From contig OX597821.1 in assembly GCA_951406725.2 (NCBI GenBank), positions 23,560,001-23,624,000 on the forward strand: a DNA stretch of 64,000 nucleotides, written 5' to 3'. This stretch comes from Octopus vulgaris (Eukaryota). The notes beneath the pieces are model-generated. The model did no database searches and had not been told where the DNA came from. It worked only from the letters and a program-made list of their open reading frames with translations. This document shows positions 13,151 to 26,449 of the stretch, in pieces (within the stretch, counting starts at the first letter, position 1; each line of letters starts with the position of its first letter). The position numbers were made by a program, and so were the translations under genes.

Positions 13151-14478
13151 GCCAGGCTAAGAAAGACCACCGGGAATATCTGCAGCTACTGGATACACAT
13201 GTTTAGCACAACTTGTATCTCAGAGAAAGTTACAAGTTTTTCATGCACCTTAACATCGTCTGCTAGTAAAGCGTCTGAACAGGTGAAACATGGGATAACT
13301 AAATGTCTGAAGACAAACATATATGTTCAGGACAAACTTATGCAAATGCTTTAAACATGCACAGGGTTGAAACATTATCTCGGCATAATCATTGCATCTG
13401 TCATACTTTAGAGTTGAGGAAATAGTCAAAAGATATTTTTGTTGCTATAATTCTCCGGCTTTGAGAGCTTTTCCATAAATGTATAGTCTACATGGTAAAC
13501 GATTTCTAACTGGCAAAATTCCTGAAATTTGAAGAGAATGAAATTAACAAAGAGAATATAAATTCAAAGCAAAATGCGTATGTATGTATGTATGAATGTA
13601 TGTATGTATGCATGTATGTATGTACATATATATATATATATGTGCATGTGAGTGTGTGTGTGTGTGTTTGTATTTGTGTGAGTGTGCGCGTGTGTGTCTG
13701 CGTGTGATCGCAGATCAAGGTAAGATTAAGCGTTTTGCTGAAGTACAGAATGCACCAGGAACTGAAACGACGATCTCAGGAACGTGAGTACAACACCATA
13801 ACCACTAGGTCATGTTCCCTCATGTGTATGTGTGTGTGTGTGTGTGTGTGTGTATCTGTGCGCGCGCGCGCGATTGCGCGTCTGTGTATGAAGGAGGTTG
13901 AAGTCTCGCTACTTCAGTCCTTTGCTAAACTGACAGGTCCTAACAAGACTCGATAGTATTTCTAAAAAAACTCCTACCTTCTTTTATGATACACACCTCC
14001 TACACCTCAAGCCTCTGAGCTAATCTGCACACCTAACCCCATTCAGCCCAACCCCTCATCCTCCACTTTCGTCTACTCCCCTTAATATGTTTTCTTACTC
14101 AAGTTTGTACAAATCTACCCTCGTTTCTATTGAAGTGGGAAAGCAACACAATCGCCCCCAACACGCCAAGTGCACCTTTCTTTTTTCTGTACGTCTGTTA
14201 CTCTTACTACTGCTCCGTTACATTCAAACAACTATCAGGGACCAGCAGAGACTTGCAATTTAATAAAAGGGGACAAGTTCTGACAATGCAATCAAACAAG
14301 GGGCATAAAAAATGATAAAGACTAATTATTATATGTGTGTGTGTGTGTGTAGTAGCTATTATGGAAATGTAGCACGGCCTTGAAAACGGAAGCCCAGTAA
14401 AAAAATTCTCACACTCACACACACACACACATACACACACACACACACACATACACACACTTTTACACAGATGCACAC

Positions 14479-14533
<55 letters not shown>

Positions 14534-14691
14534 TATGAATGTATGTGTGTATAAATATATATGTGGGTGTGCGTGTGTGTGTACGTGTATGTATGTATGT
14601 GGGTATGTATGTATATATATGTGTATGCATGTATATATGTTATATCTGTTTACCCCCTCTCTCTATATATATGTCTGTCTGTCTATCTATC

Positions 14692-14727
<36 letters not shown>

Positions 14728-14757
14728 CTTTTTCTCTCTCTCTCTATATATATATAC

Positions 14758-14846
<89 letters not shown>

Positions 14847-15206
14847 CATCTATATAGATTTGAGAATTCTCTACTTTGCTGCAAATTTCTCGTTTCACTT
14901 ATGTTGTACTGTGACACAGAAACACAGACACTCATATAGATACACTCACACACACTTATGCATGTATGTATAAATATATGTATATGTGTGTGTGCACCTG
15001 CATATATATAAATATATATGTGTGTGTGTCTATGTGTACGTGTGTTTAATATAGGCACGTTACTGTGTGCGCACGCGCGTTCCATTTGATTTGCTCAAAC
15101 AGCGATGTTAATCAACTCTGTCCTCCTTCACAAGTGTCCCCTTTCTTTACTCTAATCTGAGTTTGTTATCATGATCCCAGAAACGTGTTTGTCTGTGTTT
15201 GTTGGG

Positions 15207-15260
<54 letters not shown>

Positions 15261-15269
15261 ACACGCACG

Positions 15270-15300
<31 letters not shown>

Positions 15301-15694
15301 ACACACACACACACACATGTACACGCACACTTCAGTTAGATAAAAACAACGAAAGGACTTGTTAGTATTTAGCTCAATTTCGCAAATTAACAGTGCTTTA
15401 ATAGAGTTTACGGTGTTAAATCTATTATATAAAATCCGTTTTTTCTGTGTGTGTGTGTGTGTGTGTCTTCTAGGATCTCGGGTAGCCTCCATCGGATTGC
15501 GCTCAAATTTGATATGTAGATACCGACGGTATCAGAGCGTGTATAAGTCTTGAAAGAATTACAAAAATCGATTCCAGGTGAGAATGCGATCGATAAAGCC
15601 GTGGGAACGTGCATTTGTAAAATAGTTTTTCTTGGAATGGAAAAAAGTCTATCTTTATTTCTTCTTTTGCTGGTGTCTCAAATTTAGGTTAAAT

Positions 15695-15753
15695 CAGTGT
15701 TTCTCAAAGGGGAAGCCCACGGGACGTCGGACAAGTTGCTTTGAGAAAATTTG
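15695..15753. mobile_element. 59-bp minimal hAT-type MITE
   Basis: TIRs cagtgtttctcaaag / ctttgagaaaatttg; 8-bp flanks ggttaaat / gtttaaat (1 mismatch). Confidence 0.5.
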
Positions 15754-16433
15754 GTTTAAATGTTTGACAACTCAGCACCGTCCATTGGACGGGGGGCGTT
15801 TTGCTCGTACTATTATATAACTGGTACTTATTGATCGGTCCCGCCTCTTCCCTATATACTGAAGAACGATAAGGACTATTGAATCTCAGAAGACTCATTC
15901 ATTCGATTACTATCGCAAACAGCAGTAGCCTTCTTCAACCGAATACACATCGTTGATTAGCTGAAATTACCCAAATACGACAACTTTAACACGAAATAAC
16001 TTCAAAAATACGAAATTTCGTCAGAAACGTTCAGAGTAACCTATTCTACATGAGAAATTCTTCCAGTATTCGAAGTTTCAAACTATTCAGTTAGAAAAAA
16101 TTGTGATTGAAATAGAATAGATCCAAATTTTTATTTATTATTTTTATATGATGTTTAGTGAACAGTAGCGTCTATAGGGATAGCTTCCTACTAGACAACT
16201 AGTGCATAACAGCGTCCTGAATTACCAGTTTCTTACTGGATTACAGGTGATTATTAGCATAATTGGTTACAGGATGTTCAACTACACCACAAGTAAATGA
16301 TAACGTTTTTAATTACGAGTTTCTCGTTGAATTACGAGTGAATATTAGCGCGGTTGGTTACAGGTTTCTAACTGGACAATCACTGGTTTCACTGTGTTTC
16401 GGATGGTGAGCGCGACAAAGGGGTGTCTGTAAG

Positions 16434-16649
16434 ATACTCTTACACTTTTACTTGTTTCAGTCATTTGACTGCGGCCATGCTGGAGCACCGCCTTTAGTCG
16501 AGCAAATCGACCCCGGGACTTGTTCTTTGTAAGCCCAGTACTTATTCTATCGGTCTCTTTTGCCGAACCGCTAAGTGACGGGGACGTAAACACACCAGCA
16601 TCGGTTGTCAAGCAAAGCTAGGGGGACAAACACAGACACACAAACACAT

Positions 16650-16702
<53 letters not shown>

Positions 16703-16864
16703 ACGGGCTTATATCAGTGTCCGTCTACCAAATCCACTCACAAGGCATTGGTCGGCCCGGGGCTATAGCAGAAGACACTTGCCCAAGATGCCACGCAGTG
16801 GGACTGAACCCGGAACCATGTGGTTGGTTAGCAAGCTACTTACCACACAACCACTCCTACGCCT
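16434..16864 (-). mobile_element. SINE family B, full-length
   Basis: Reverse complement of the family B consensus. Confidence 0.9.
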
Positions 16865-16939
16865 AGTGTAGAATAAATACAACGAAGGATTTCATTAAAA
16901 AAAAAACCCCTAACCTGGTCTTTTTTTTTTTATCTAAAG

Positions 16940-17152
16940 GTTGTTCATCCACTCAGCTGGTAAAAATGAATTGTACCTGTAATTCAAAGGGTCGGCCTTG
17001 CCACATTCTGTGTCACGCTGGATCTCCCTGAGAACTACGTTAAAAGTACAAGGAGTACTCAACCACTTGTACCTAAATTTCACAAGCAGGCAGTTCCGTT
17101 GATTGGAAATCAACTGGAACCACCCATCGTCGTAAGCGACGGAGTGCCAGTT
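16940..17152 (+). mobile_element. SINE family C 3' part
   Basis: ttgtacctgtaattcaaagggtcggccttg...gagaactacgttaa...cgtcgtaagcgacggagtgc matches 36280-36466. Confidence 0.75.
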
Positions 17153-17272
17153 CATCTATTTTTTTTTACATCCTTCTCAGATGTAAATCACATACTGGCA
17201 AAACACACACACACACGCACGCACACGCACACACACATACACACACACATACACACACACGCACACACACGC

Positions 17273-17319
<47 letters not shown>

Positions 17320-17679
17320 CACATACGGCTTGCTTCTACATAGTTTTCGTCTATCGAATTACACCAGCGAAGTCTCGGTGAAAACGAGGTAACCCTAGGA
17401 GACACTTGCACAAGGTGCGGTGCATTGGGATTGAACGTGGAGCTACATGATTGCAAAACGAACTTAAGAACCATACAGTCATGCTTTTAGAATGTAAAAG
17501 GGGAAAAACGTAATTAAATGGTAGAAAGAATTCAGTCCAGTTCTTTACCAATTCTGCCATATGTATTTTCATACTATTTTATTATATTATCAGCTTCAGT
17601 CTTTGAACTGCATTCATGCTGAGAGACCACATTCAATAGGCCCCTTCATTGGAACTTCAACATCAACAACAGGGCAGGG

Positions 17680-18000
17680 TATGTATGTATGTATGTATGC
17701 ATGTATGTATGTATGTATGTATGTATGTATGTATGTATGTATGTATGTATGTATGTATGTATGTATGTATGTATGTATGTATGTATGTATGTATGTATGT
17801 GTATTTATGTATGTATGTATGTATGTGTAGTTATGTATGTATGTATTTATGTATGTATGTATGTATGTATGTATGTGTATGTATGTATGTATGTATGTAT
17901 GTATGTATGTATGTATGTATGTGTGTATGTATGTATGTATGTATGTATGTATGTATGTGTATTTATGTATGTATGTATATATGTATGTATGTATACATGC
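17680..18000. repeat. (TATG)n microsatellite
   Basis: Tandem array; explains the YVCM ORFs. Confidence 0.95.
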
Positions 18001-18232
18001 AGATTTGAATGTTTTGTTTTATGTATGTCTTACATATATTTGAATGTTTTGTTTTATGTATACTTACATATATACTTAAATGATAAATTTCTGAAAGTTT
18101 TGCAGATTTTTACAGTTCCAGTGATGGACTGGATTTGTAGTCTTCGAATCAGCTTTCTCCTTTCTGGTTTTGAGAAGCCTAATATCTCAAGATTGGTATG
18201 TATGTATGTATGTATGTATGTATGTATGTATG

Positions 18233-18264
<32 letters not shown>

Positions 18265-18469
18265 CATGCACATACACACATATATACAGATACGCACGCA
18301 CATACACACACATATAGATATGTAGGCAAGGATGTGTGTGTACAAGATATGTTGGTTTGTTGCGGTCCTCTAACAAAAATGGATTATATTTTCATGTTTC
18401 CTGCTATTTGCCTTAAATATATTTTATATACGTACAAGAAACATGAAAACGATATTACATCTATCTACC

Positions 18470-18547
<78 letters not shown>

Positions 18548-18627
18548 CATCTACCTATCTGTCTGTCTGTCTGTCTGCCTATCTCTTTCTCTGTCTCTGT
18601 CTTCTCTGTCTCTCTCTGCGTGTATAC

Positions 18628-18680
<53 letters not shown>

Positions 18681-19088
18681 TATTATGTGTGTATTCGTGT
18701 ATACAATCATTCGTTCATTCATTTATTTATTTGAACATACATACATACATACATACATACATACATACATACATACATACATACATGTATACATACATAC
18801 GTACATACATAAATACATACATACATGCATACAATGGCTGTCATAAGTTCGTAACTTTATTTATAAACATTGACCAGTTTTTTTTTTTATGTTTGAGATA
18901 TTGAAGGTATTGAAATTATTTATATACATAAAATATCAATTGGTGCTTAAAACAAATTGATAGAGATTTGTTTGGTAATACCGTTATTTAAATTATTATC
19001 GGAGAAGTGTTCTGTGGTTTTAAATTTCACGCCTCCAGAAGTTTAGAAACACAACTTCAAAATTTGCAACATGTATTCCAAGTATTGT

Positions 19089-19370
19089 GAAGGTACATGG
19101 TGTAGTGGTTACAGCGTCGAACTTACAATGTTGTGGTTATGAGTTCGATTCCGAGACCGGGCTGTATGTCGTGTTCTTGAGCAAGACAACACTTTCTATG
19201 TAGAAATGAGTTGCGCTGTCACTGGTACCAAGCTGTATCGGCCCCTTTGCCTTTCCCTTGGACAACATCAGTAGCGTGGAGAGGGGAGGCTGGTATGCAT
19301 GGGCGACTGCTGGTCTTCCACAAACAACCTTGTTCAAATTTGTGTCTGGAGGGCAACTCTCCAGGTGCAT
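19089..19370 (+). mobile_element. tRNA-headed SINE with RTE-like body
   Basis: tggtgtagtggtta...gagttcgattcc (A/B boxes). Body ggacaacatcagtagcgtggagagggg resembles 49716-49765. Confidence 0.55.
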
Positions 19371-21778
19371 ACGTGATCGAAGGGAGTCGTTACTCTATAT
19401 TTTTTATACCAAGTATCGATTGGTTCCGTATGAATGCATGATACGAGTTGTTGCACTGTGAATGGGGAAGCAATCGTGTTTGACACGTTCGGAGCGGATG
19501 TACATCGGCTAGTTGGGTGAGAAGAATATTCGCTTCATGGACATCGCTACGTATATGAAATGTTGTTATTCATCTAGTGAAAAGGCTGTTGCCGTCTAAA
19601 GAGATATCAACATCTAGTATGAACTTCACTCCCAGAAGTATCAGACCGATGAAAACATTCCCCAAGAGACGACAGTGTCGTTCATAGACTGTCAGAAATC
19701 AACCGTCGAATGACTGCATTTTACATCGAAACTAGTATAAGCATGCGCAGCAGACCCAGACGATCGTTGACAATTGTCTGCAGAGGCTGAAAAGCGCGAC
19801 TCAAAATTCGCGTGGGCGATGCTCGCTCGGACAGTTGTCGAGTGGTGTTTTTAGTGGAAAGACAAACCCAAAAGGCAAAACACAAGTTCGACTAGTTTGG
19901 ATATGATACAAGACGTATGCAGAACGTTATGCTCCGATGAAGGGAGTAGTGTGTGTGTGTGTGTGTTCGTGTGTGTGTGTGTATGCGAGTGTGTGTGTGC
20001 GTGTGTATGTGATCTGTGAAGGTCTTTTGGTTGAAGATCCCGGTCTTATCGATCGCACCATCAGCAACGTGGGTTAAACTTTTGCTTGTCCAAATCATTT
20101 TCACAAGTTTGTCCGAAGCGTCCAGATTTTTAGTTAACCTCACTTTCATGTGTTCTGAGTAAATATAAAACTTTTCATTTATAAGTCCCAAGTTACTCTG
20201 GTAGTTGAAGAAAAAAATGGTAATATGCATCATATAGAATGCATGGATGTGTCCTGCATGTCACACATACATAATACACAAGATAAGCCAAGAAATCTAC
20301 GAAGACATTCTTTAGTGACGTCCTTTCGTCTTATTGCCGCCAGAACAGATTCTGATGCATAACAACCTCAAACACACTGCATATTCATTCGAACATTTCA
20401 TCTCTGATTAAAGAAAAAGGAGAAACAAATGAAAAAGAAACAATATCTTGAATTGTTGAAATCCCCGATGTAATCCAGTCAGATCAAAAATCTCTGAAAC
20501 GAAATCGATCATGACATCAAAGCTAACAAAACTCATTAAATTTCAACAATCTGTTCGCTGTGAACACACGATCCTGAGAACGAATTCCTATTCATCGTTG
20601 TCAGTACCTCCACAAATGACTACTTCACAGATGTCGCAATGGCATTAATACAAAAGCTCATCACGGTGGATTTTGACCTGTGAACAGGAAACTGTTTTTT
20701 TTTTGCGTTAATAAAATAACATCTTCACTCCAAGGCCTGATTCTAAATTTAAAAATGAATTCTATACACACAAATGAATAAATATTAAAGAACATTGAAA
20801 TTAAAGAAAGATATTTGAGCATAACTTTACACGACATTCGTAGAATATTTAATGGCGCATTAAAAAAAATATTAAAGGTTTAAATAATTTATTCAATCCT
20901 GCAGCCATAAAATTATGTAAATTTCGTTTATATTTAAAGATGTTCCAACCGTAACCATCATGTCTTTTACTGATGTTGTATATCTAGGTAGCATGGTATC
21001 GGAGAGAGAATCGGGTGGCATTTCTAGGAGGTCGGTTGACCACTTAGAGGCTTCACTGCTGTTATTGTACTGGACAGTTTTCTAGCTCGTGGTACTTCAG
21101 TTTGAAATTTATGGAGAGAGAGGGGAGAGAGAGGGGAGAGAGGGAGAGTGGGGGATGGCGAAAGGGAGGCGGAAGGGAGTTAAGGAGAGAAGGGAAGATG
21201 AAATAGATTAAGAGGTAGAGAGAAATGAAAGGTGAAGAGAGTGAAAGGCCGAGGGGGTAAAATACGAAGAGAGAGAGAGAGAGAGCAACAATGATAGATA
21301 GCTAGACAGATAGATAGGAAGAGAGAGAGAATGAGAGAGTGAGAGAGTTAGAGAGATAGACAGGAGGTGAAACGAAACATGTGTCAGCTGGTCAAACAAA
21401 AGTCGAGATGAGAATTAGATGCCACCACCACCACCACCAACACTACCATCACCGACTAAAACCCCACCACTAAAATCTTCACTAAAACCCCACCACTAAA
21501 ATGACCACCACTACCAAACACCAAAACCCCCGCCGCCACAACCAACACCACTAAAACTACCACAAACACTAACATCACCATCAAAATCACCACAGACAAC
21601 TCCCACACCACCAGCACATTTTCACCACCAGCATATTCAAACAGCTGAAATAGCAGCTAAATTCTTGTAAACCATCCCCACGCATCTTGAAAAACGAAGG
21701 ACTCGGTTTTACATATTAATTAATGGTGCATTAACAATCCATATTATGTATATAATATATTAATAATCAATGTGTATA

Positions 21779-21948
21779 GGCGCAGGAGTGGCTGTATGGT
21801 AAGTAGTTTGCTAACCAACCACATGGTTCCGGGTTCAGTCCCACTGCGTGGAATCTTGGGCAAGTGTCTTCTCTATAGCTCCGGGCTGACCAATGCCTTG
21901 TGAGTGGACTTGGTAGACGGAAACTGAAGGAAGCCTGTCGTATATATG

Positions 21949-21979
<31 letters not shown>

Positions 21980-22197
21980 TTGTGTCTCTGTGTTTGTCCC
22001 CCTAGCATTGCTTGACAACCGATGCTGGTGTGTTTACGTCCCCGTCACTTAGCGGTTCGGCAAAAGACACCGATAGAATAAGTACTGGGCTTACAAAAAA
22101 TAAGTCCCGGGGTCGATTTGCTCGACTAAAGGCGGTGCTCCAGCATGGCCGCAGTCAAATGACTGAAACATGTAAAAGAGTAAAAGAAAGTAAAGAG
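21779..22197 (+). mobile_element. SINE family B, full-length
   Basis: Complete head-body-tail. Confidence 0.9.
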
Positions 22198-22201
22198 CAT
22201 A

Positions 22202-22417
22202 TACGATGGTATACTGAAAAGTTCCTGGTTTTAAGGGTATCGCGAAAGGTGTAGTTGGAGATCCAACCTTCTGAGTTCTTTTACAGGGCTTAGAAAAACT
22301 GAAGGACTGTTAACAATAAGTGTGGGAATCTGAGGAGGGAATATGTTGAATAAAATCATAATTAAATGATCCTCCTGCTGCATTAATCCAAAATCAGAAA
22401 CTTTTCAGTAACCTCGT
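22202..22417 (+). mobile_element. Mariner MITE (internally deleted)
   Basis: Imperfect TIRs tacgatggtatactgaaaagttcc / gaaacttttcagtaacctcgtg. Internal remnant resembling the mariner C-terminus (LEKLKD..NKCGNLRREYVE*). Confidence 0.65.
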
Positions 22418-22423
22418 GTGTGT

Positions 22424-22487
<64 letters not shown>

Positions 22488-22696
22488 GTGTGTGTGCGCG
22501 CGTGTGCGTGTGTGTGTGTGTGTGCGTGTGCGTGTGCGTGTGTGTGTGTGTGTGTGCGTAAGTCTTTATATTTTACTTGTTTTAGACTACGGCCATGCTG
22601 GAGTACCACACTGAGAAATTTTAGTCGAACGAATTGACACCTGGACATATTTTCTTTTAAAGCTTAGTACTTATTCGATCGGTATCGGTCTATTTT

Positions 22697-23249
22697 GTAT
22701 GTATGTATGTATGTGTGTATGTATGTATGTATGTATGTGTGTATGCATGTATGTATGTTTGTATGTGTATGTGTCTGTCTGTCTGAATGTATGTATGTAT
22801 GTATGTATGTATGTATGTATGTATGTATGTATATGCATGCATGTATGTATGCATGTATGTATGTATGCATGCATGTATGTATGTATGTATATGCATGCAT
22901 GCATGCATGTATGCATGCTTGCATGTATGTATGCATGCATGTATGTATGCATGTATGTATGTATGTATGCATGTATGTATGTATGTATTTATGTATGTAT
23001 GTATGTATGTATGTATGTATGTATGCATGCATGTATGCATGTATGTATGTATGTATATATGTATGTATATATGTATGCATGTATGTATGTATGCATGTAT
23101 GTATGTATGTATGTATGTATATATGTATGCATGTATGTATGTATGTATGTATGTATGTATATGTATGTATGTATGTATGTATGCATGCAGGTATGTATGT
23201 ATGTATGTATGTATGTATGTATGTATGTATATGCATGCATGTATGTATG

Positions 23250-23280
<31 letters not shown>

Positions 23281-23450
23281 GCTTGCATGTATGTATGCAT
23301 GCATGTATATATGCATGCATATATGTATTTATGTATGTATGTATGTATGTATGTATGTATGTATGTATGTATATGTATGTATGTGTGTATAGGTGTGTAT
23401 GTGTGCGTGTGTCTGTATGTGTGTGTGTGTGTTTGTATATATGCGTGTAT
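22697..23450. repeat. Long (TATG/CATG)n microsatellite
   Basis: About 750-bp tandem array. Confidence 0.95.
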
Positions 23451-23570
23451 GTGTAGGCGTGGCTGTGTGGTAAAACGTCTACTCCCCAGCCACAGGCTCG
23501 GGGTTCAGTCTCACGTCAGGCAGGCTAACCCATGTGAGCGGATTTGGTCGACAGCTTAAAGAAACACATC

Positions 23571-23682
<112 letters not shown>

Positions 23683-23892
23683 GTATATATATATATACAC
23701 ATATATATATATATATATATATAACATAAGGGACTAAAGCCATCTGAATATGGCTAGGGACAGGGCAGGGTGGTGGGGGTGTTACTGTTGCATTTAGCCC
23801 CAGGCGAACGTCGACGTCACCAGAAAGGCTCGACACCGTCACGGTGCCCTAAACCTGCAAAGGGAGGTAATTCCCCGATGAAGCGGAAACCA

Positions 23893-23938
23893 CACACGGA
23901 CCATGGTTTCAAGGTGTATTGCCTATCATCGGCGTGTG
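23893..23938 (-). ncRNA. Type I hammerhead ribozyme motif (U4C variant), copy 1
   Basis: Minus strand reads cacacg CCGATGA t-agg-caataca-cct-t GAAA CCATGG TC cgtgtg: 6-bp helix I, helix II, palindromic helix III, GUC site. Confidence 0.7.
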
Positions 23939-24251
23939 GTAGGCCTCCGCTTCCTCGACGAATTCTCACTATGCAGGATTTCTTATATAGATTTTCAAGC
24001 AAAATACATTTGCTGATTTCGAAAATCTGTTCGAAAGCAATAATAATTCTCTAAAAGGGATATAGACAGTAACTGCTCGATAACATAAGGGACTAAAGCC
24101 ATCTGAATATGGCTAGGGACAGGGCAGGGTGGTGGGGGTGTTACTGTTGCATTTAGCCCCAGGCGAACATCGACGTCACCAGAAAGGCTCGACACCGTCA
24201 CGGTGCCCTAAACCTGCAAAGGGAGGTAATTCCCCGATGAAGCGGAAACCA

Positions 24252-24297
24252 CACACGGACCATGGTTTCAAGGTGTATTGCCTATCATCGGCGTGTG
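24252..24297 (-). ncRNA. Type I hammerhead ribozyme motif (U4C variant), copy 2
   Basis: Identical to copy 1, 359 nt away. Confidence 0.7.
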
Positions 24298-24757
24298 GTA
24301 GGCCTCCGCTTCCTCGACGAATTCTCACTATGCAGGATTTCTTATATAGATTTTCAAGCAAAATACATTTGCTGATTTCGAAAATCTGTTCGAAAGCAAT
24401 AATAATTCTCTAAAAGGGATATAGACAGTAACTGCTCGATAACATAAGGGACTAAAGCCATCTGAATATGGCTAGGGACAGGGCAGGGTGGTGGGGGTGT
24501 TACTGTTGCATTTCCGCTTCATCGGGGAATTACCTCCCTTTGCAGGTTTAGGGCACCGTGACGGTGTCGAGCCTTTCTGGTGACGTCGATGTTCGCCTGG
24601 GGCTAAATGCAACAGTAACACCCCCACCACCCTGCCCTGTCCCTAGCCATATTCAGATGGCTTTAGTCCCTTATGTTATCGAGCAGTTACTGTCTATATC
24701 CCTTTTAGAGAATTATTATTGCTATATATATATATATATTATATATATATATATATA

Positions 24758-25168
24758 GGCGCAGGAGTGGCTGTGTGGTAAGTAGCCTGTCTACCAACCA
24801 CATGGTTCCGGGTTCAGACCCACTGCCTGGCACCTTGGGCAAGTGTCTTCTACTATAGCCTCGGGCCGACCAAAGCCTTGTGAGTGGATTTGGTAGACGG
24901 AAACTGAAAGAAGCCCGTCGTATATATGTATATATGTATATATGTATGCGTGTGTGTGTTTGTGTGTCTGTGTTTGTCCCCATAGCGTTGCTTGACAACC
25001 GATGCTGGTGTGTTTGTGTCCCCGTCACTTAGCGGTTCGGCAAAAGAGACCGATAGAATAAGTACTGGGCTTACAATAGAATAAGTTCCGGGGTCGAGTT
25101 GCTCGATTAAAGGCGGTGCTCCAGCATGGCCGCAGTCAAATGACTGAAACAAGTAAAAGAGTAAAGAG
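24758..25168 (+). mobile_element. SINE family B, full-length
   Basis: Complete consensus match. Confidence 0.9.
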
Positions 25169-25581
25169 TATATATATACGTACGTATATATATATACGTA
25201 CGTACGTATGTATGTATGTATGTATGTATGTATGTATGTATGTATGTATGTATGTATGTATGTATGTATGTATGTATGTATGTATGTATGTTTGTGCTTA
25301 TGTTCGTCCCTCATCACCGCCGGACAACCGGCGTTATTATATTTACATCCACGAAACTTATCGGTAAAAGAAATCGATAGAATTTCTAAGTACCAAACTT
25401 AGAATAAAAACAAGTACTGGGATTAATTCGTTCGACTAAAACTTTTCAAGTTGCTGTCCCAACAGTCCGATGACTGAAACATAAAATACACACACACACA
25501 CACACACACACACATGCATGCTTGTATATATATATATATATACTCACACATGTATGCTTGTATATATAAATATATATATTA

Positions 25582-25808
25582 GGGCGGCGAGCTGGCAGAA
25601 TTGTTAGCACGCCGGGCGAAATGTGTAGCCGTATTTCGTCTGCCGTTACGTTCTGAGTTCAAATTCCGCCGAGGTCGCCTTTGCCTTTCATCCTTTCGGG
25701 GTCGATTAAATAAGTACCAGTTACACGCTGGGGTCGATATAATCGACTTAATCCGTTTGTTTGTCCTTGTTTGTCCCTTCTGTGTTTAGCCCCTTGTTGG
25801 TAGTAAAG

Positions 25809-25811
<3 letters not shown>
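25582..25811 (+). mobile_element. SINE family A, full-length, in (TA)n
   Basis: Near-identical to 54621-54853 and 444-663. Confidence 0.9.
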
Positions 25812-25877
<66 letters not shown>

Positions 25878-26017
25878 AATTGAAAGGTGCATAAAAAAAC
25901 TTCAAAACGTACACGCTAGGACAGACAGAAGGGCCGTAATTCTTTCTTTAGTTATCGACCAAAAATAACAGTATCCAGTTTGTTGCCTTTCTATATATAA
26001 AAAGTATATATGTACAT

Positions 26018-26071
<54 letters not shown>

Positions 26072-26449
26072 ATTTCACTTGTGTATACATACATACATAC
26101 ATACATACATACATTCATTCTATGCCTTTGTATGTATATCTCGCTAAATTGTATTAAAAAATATTGGCTGAAATGGTGGTTGGAATGCTTTTCATGACGT
26201 TTAGAAACAACCTGTGATTTAACAACAACAACAACAACAACAACAACGAACGCAATAACAAGGAGAACAACAACAGCCATATCAAGCAACAACGATTTTT
26301 AAAAAATAACAAAAACAGCATAAACTCAGTGAAAATATTACAGGTAGGGGAGGCGGGTTCAGTTCCAAGTGATGTCAGGAACCACCATCACGTGATACTA
26401 TTAGATTTACATGACAGACAACAGCTGGGATATCTCTCAGACTGGGTCA

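Larger units (their letters stand above)
23721..24723 (-). mobile_element. Retrozyme-like element: 359-bp tandem units plus inverted segment, within (TA)n
   Basis: Unit starts at 23721, 24080 and 24439 (period 359; units 1 and 2 differ at about 1 nt). 24511-24723 is the reverse complement of 24037-24249. One HHR motif per unit on the minus strand. (TA)n on both flanks. Confidence 0.8.

Noticed and set aside
17689-18846. 385-aa ORF and similar YVCM / IYLS / HTHT / YIYI ORFs throughout the window
   Set aside because: They are translations of stop-free microsatellites, with no domain content.
23874-23892. Plus-strand CCGATGA-agcg-GAAAC hammerhead-like core
   Set aside because: No helix II or valid helix I/III on this strand; it is the complement of the extended helix I of the minus-strand motif.
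23770-24413. Duplicated 94-aa ORFs in the 359-bp units
   Set aside because: GTG start, no recognisable motif. The unit is better explained as structured RNA on the opposite strand.
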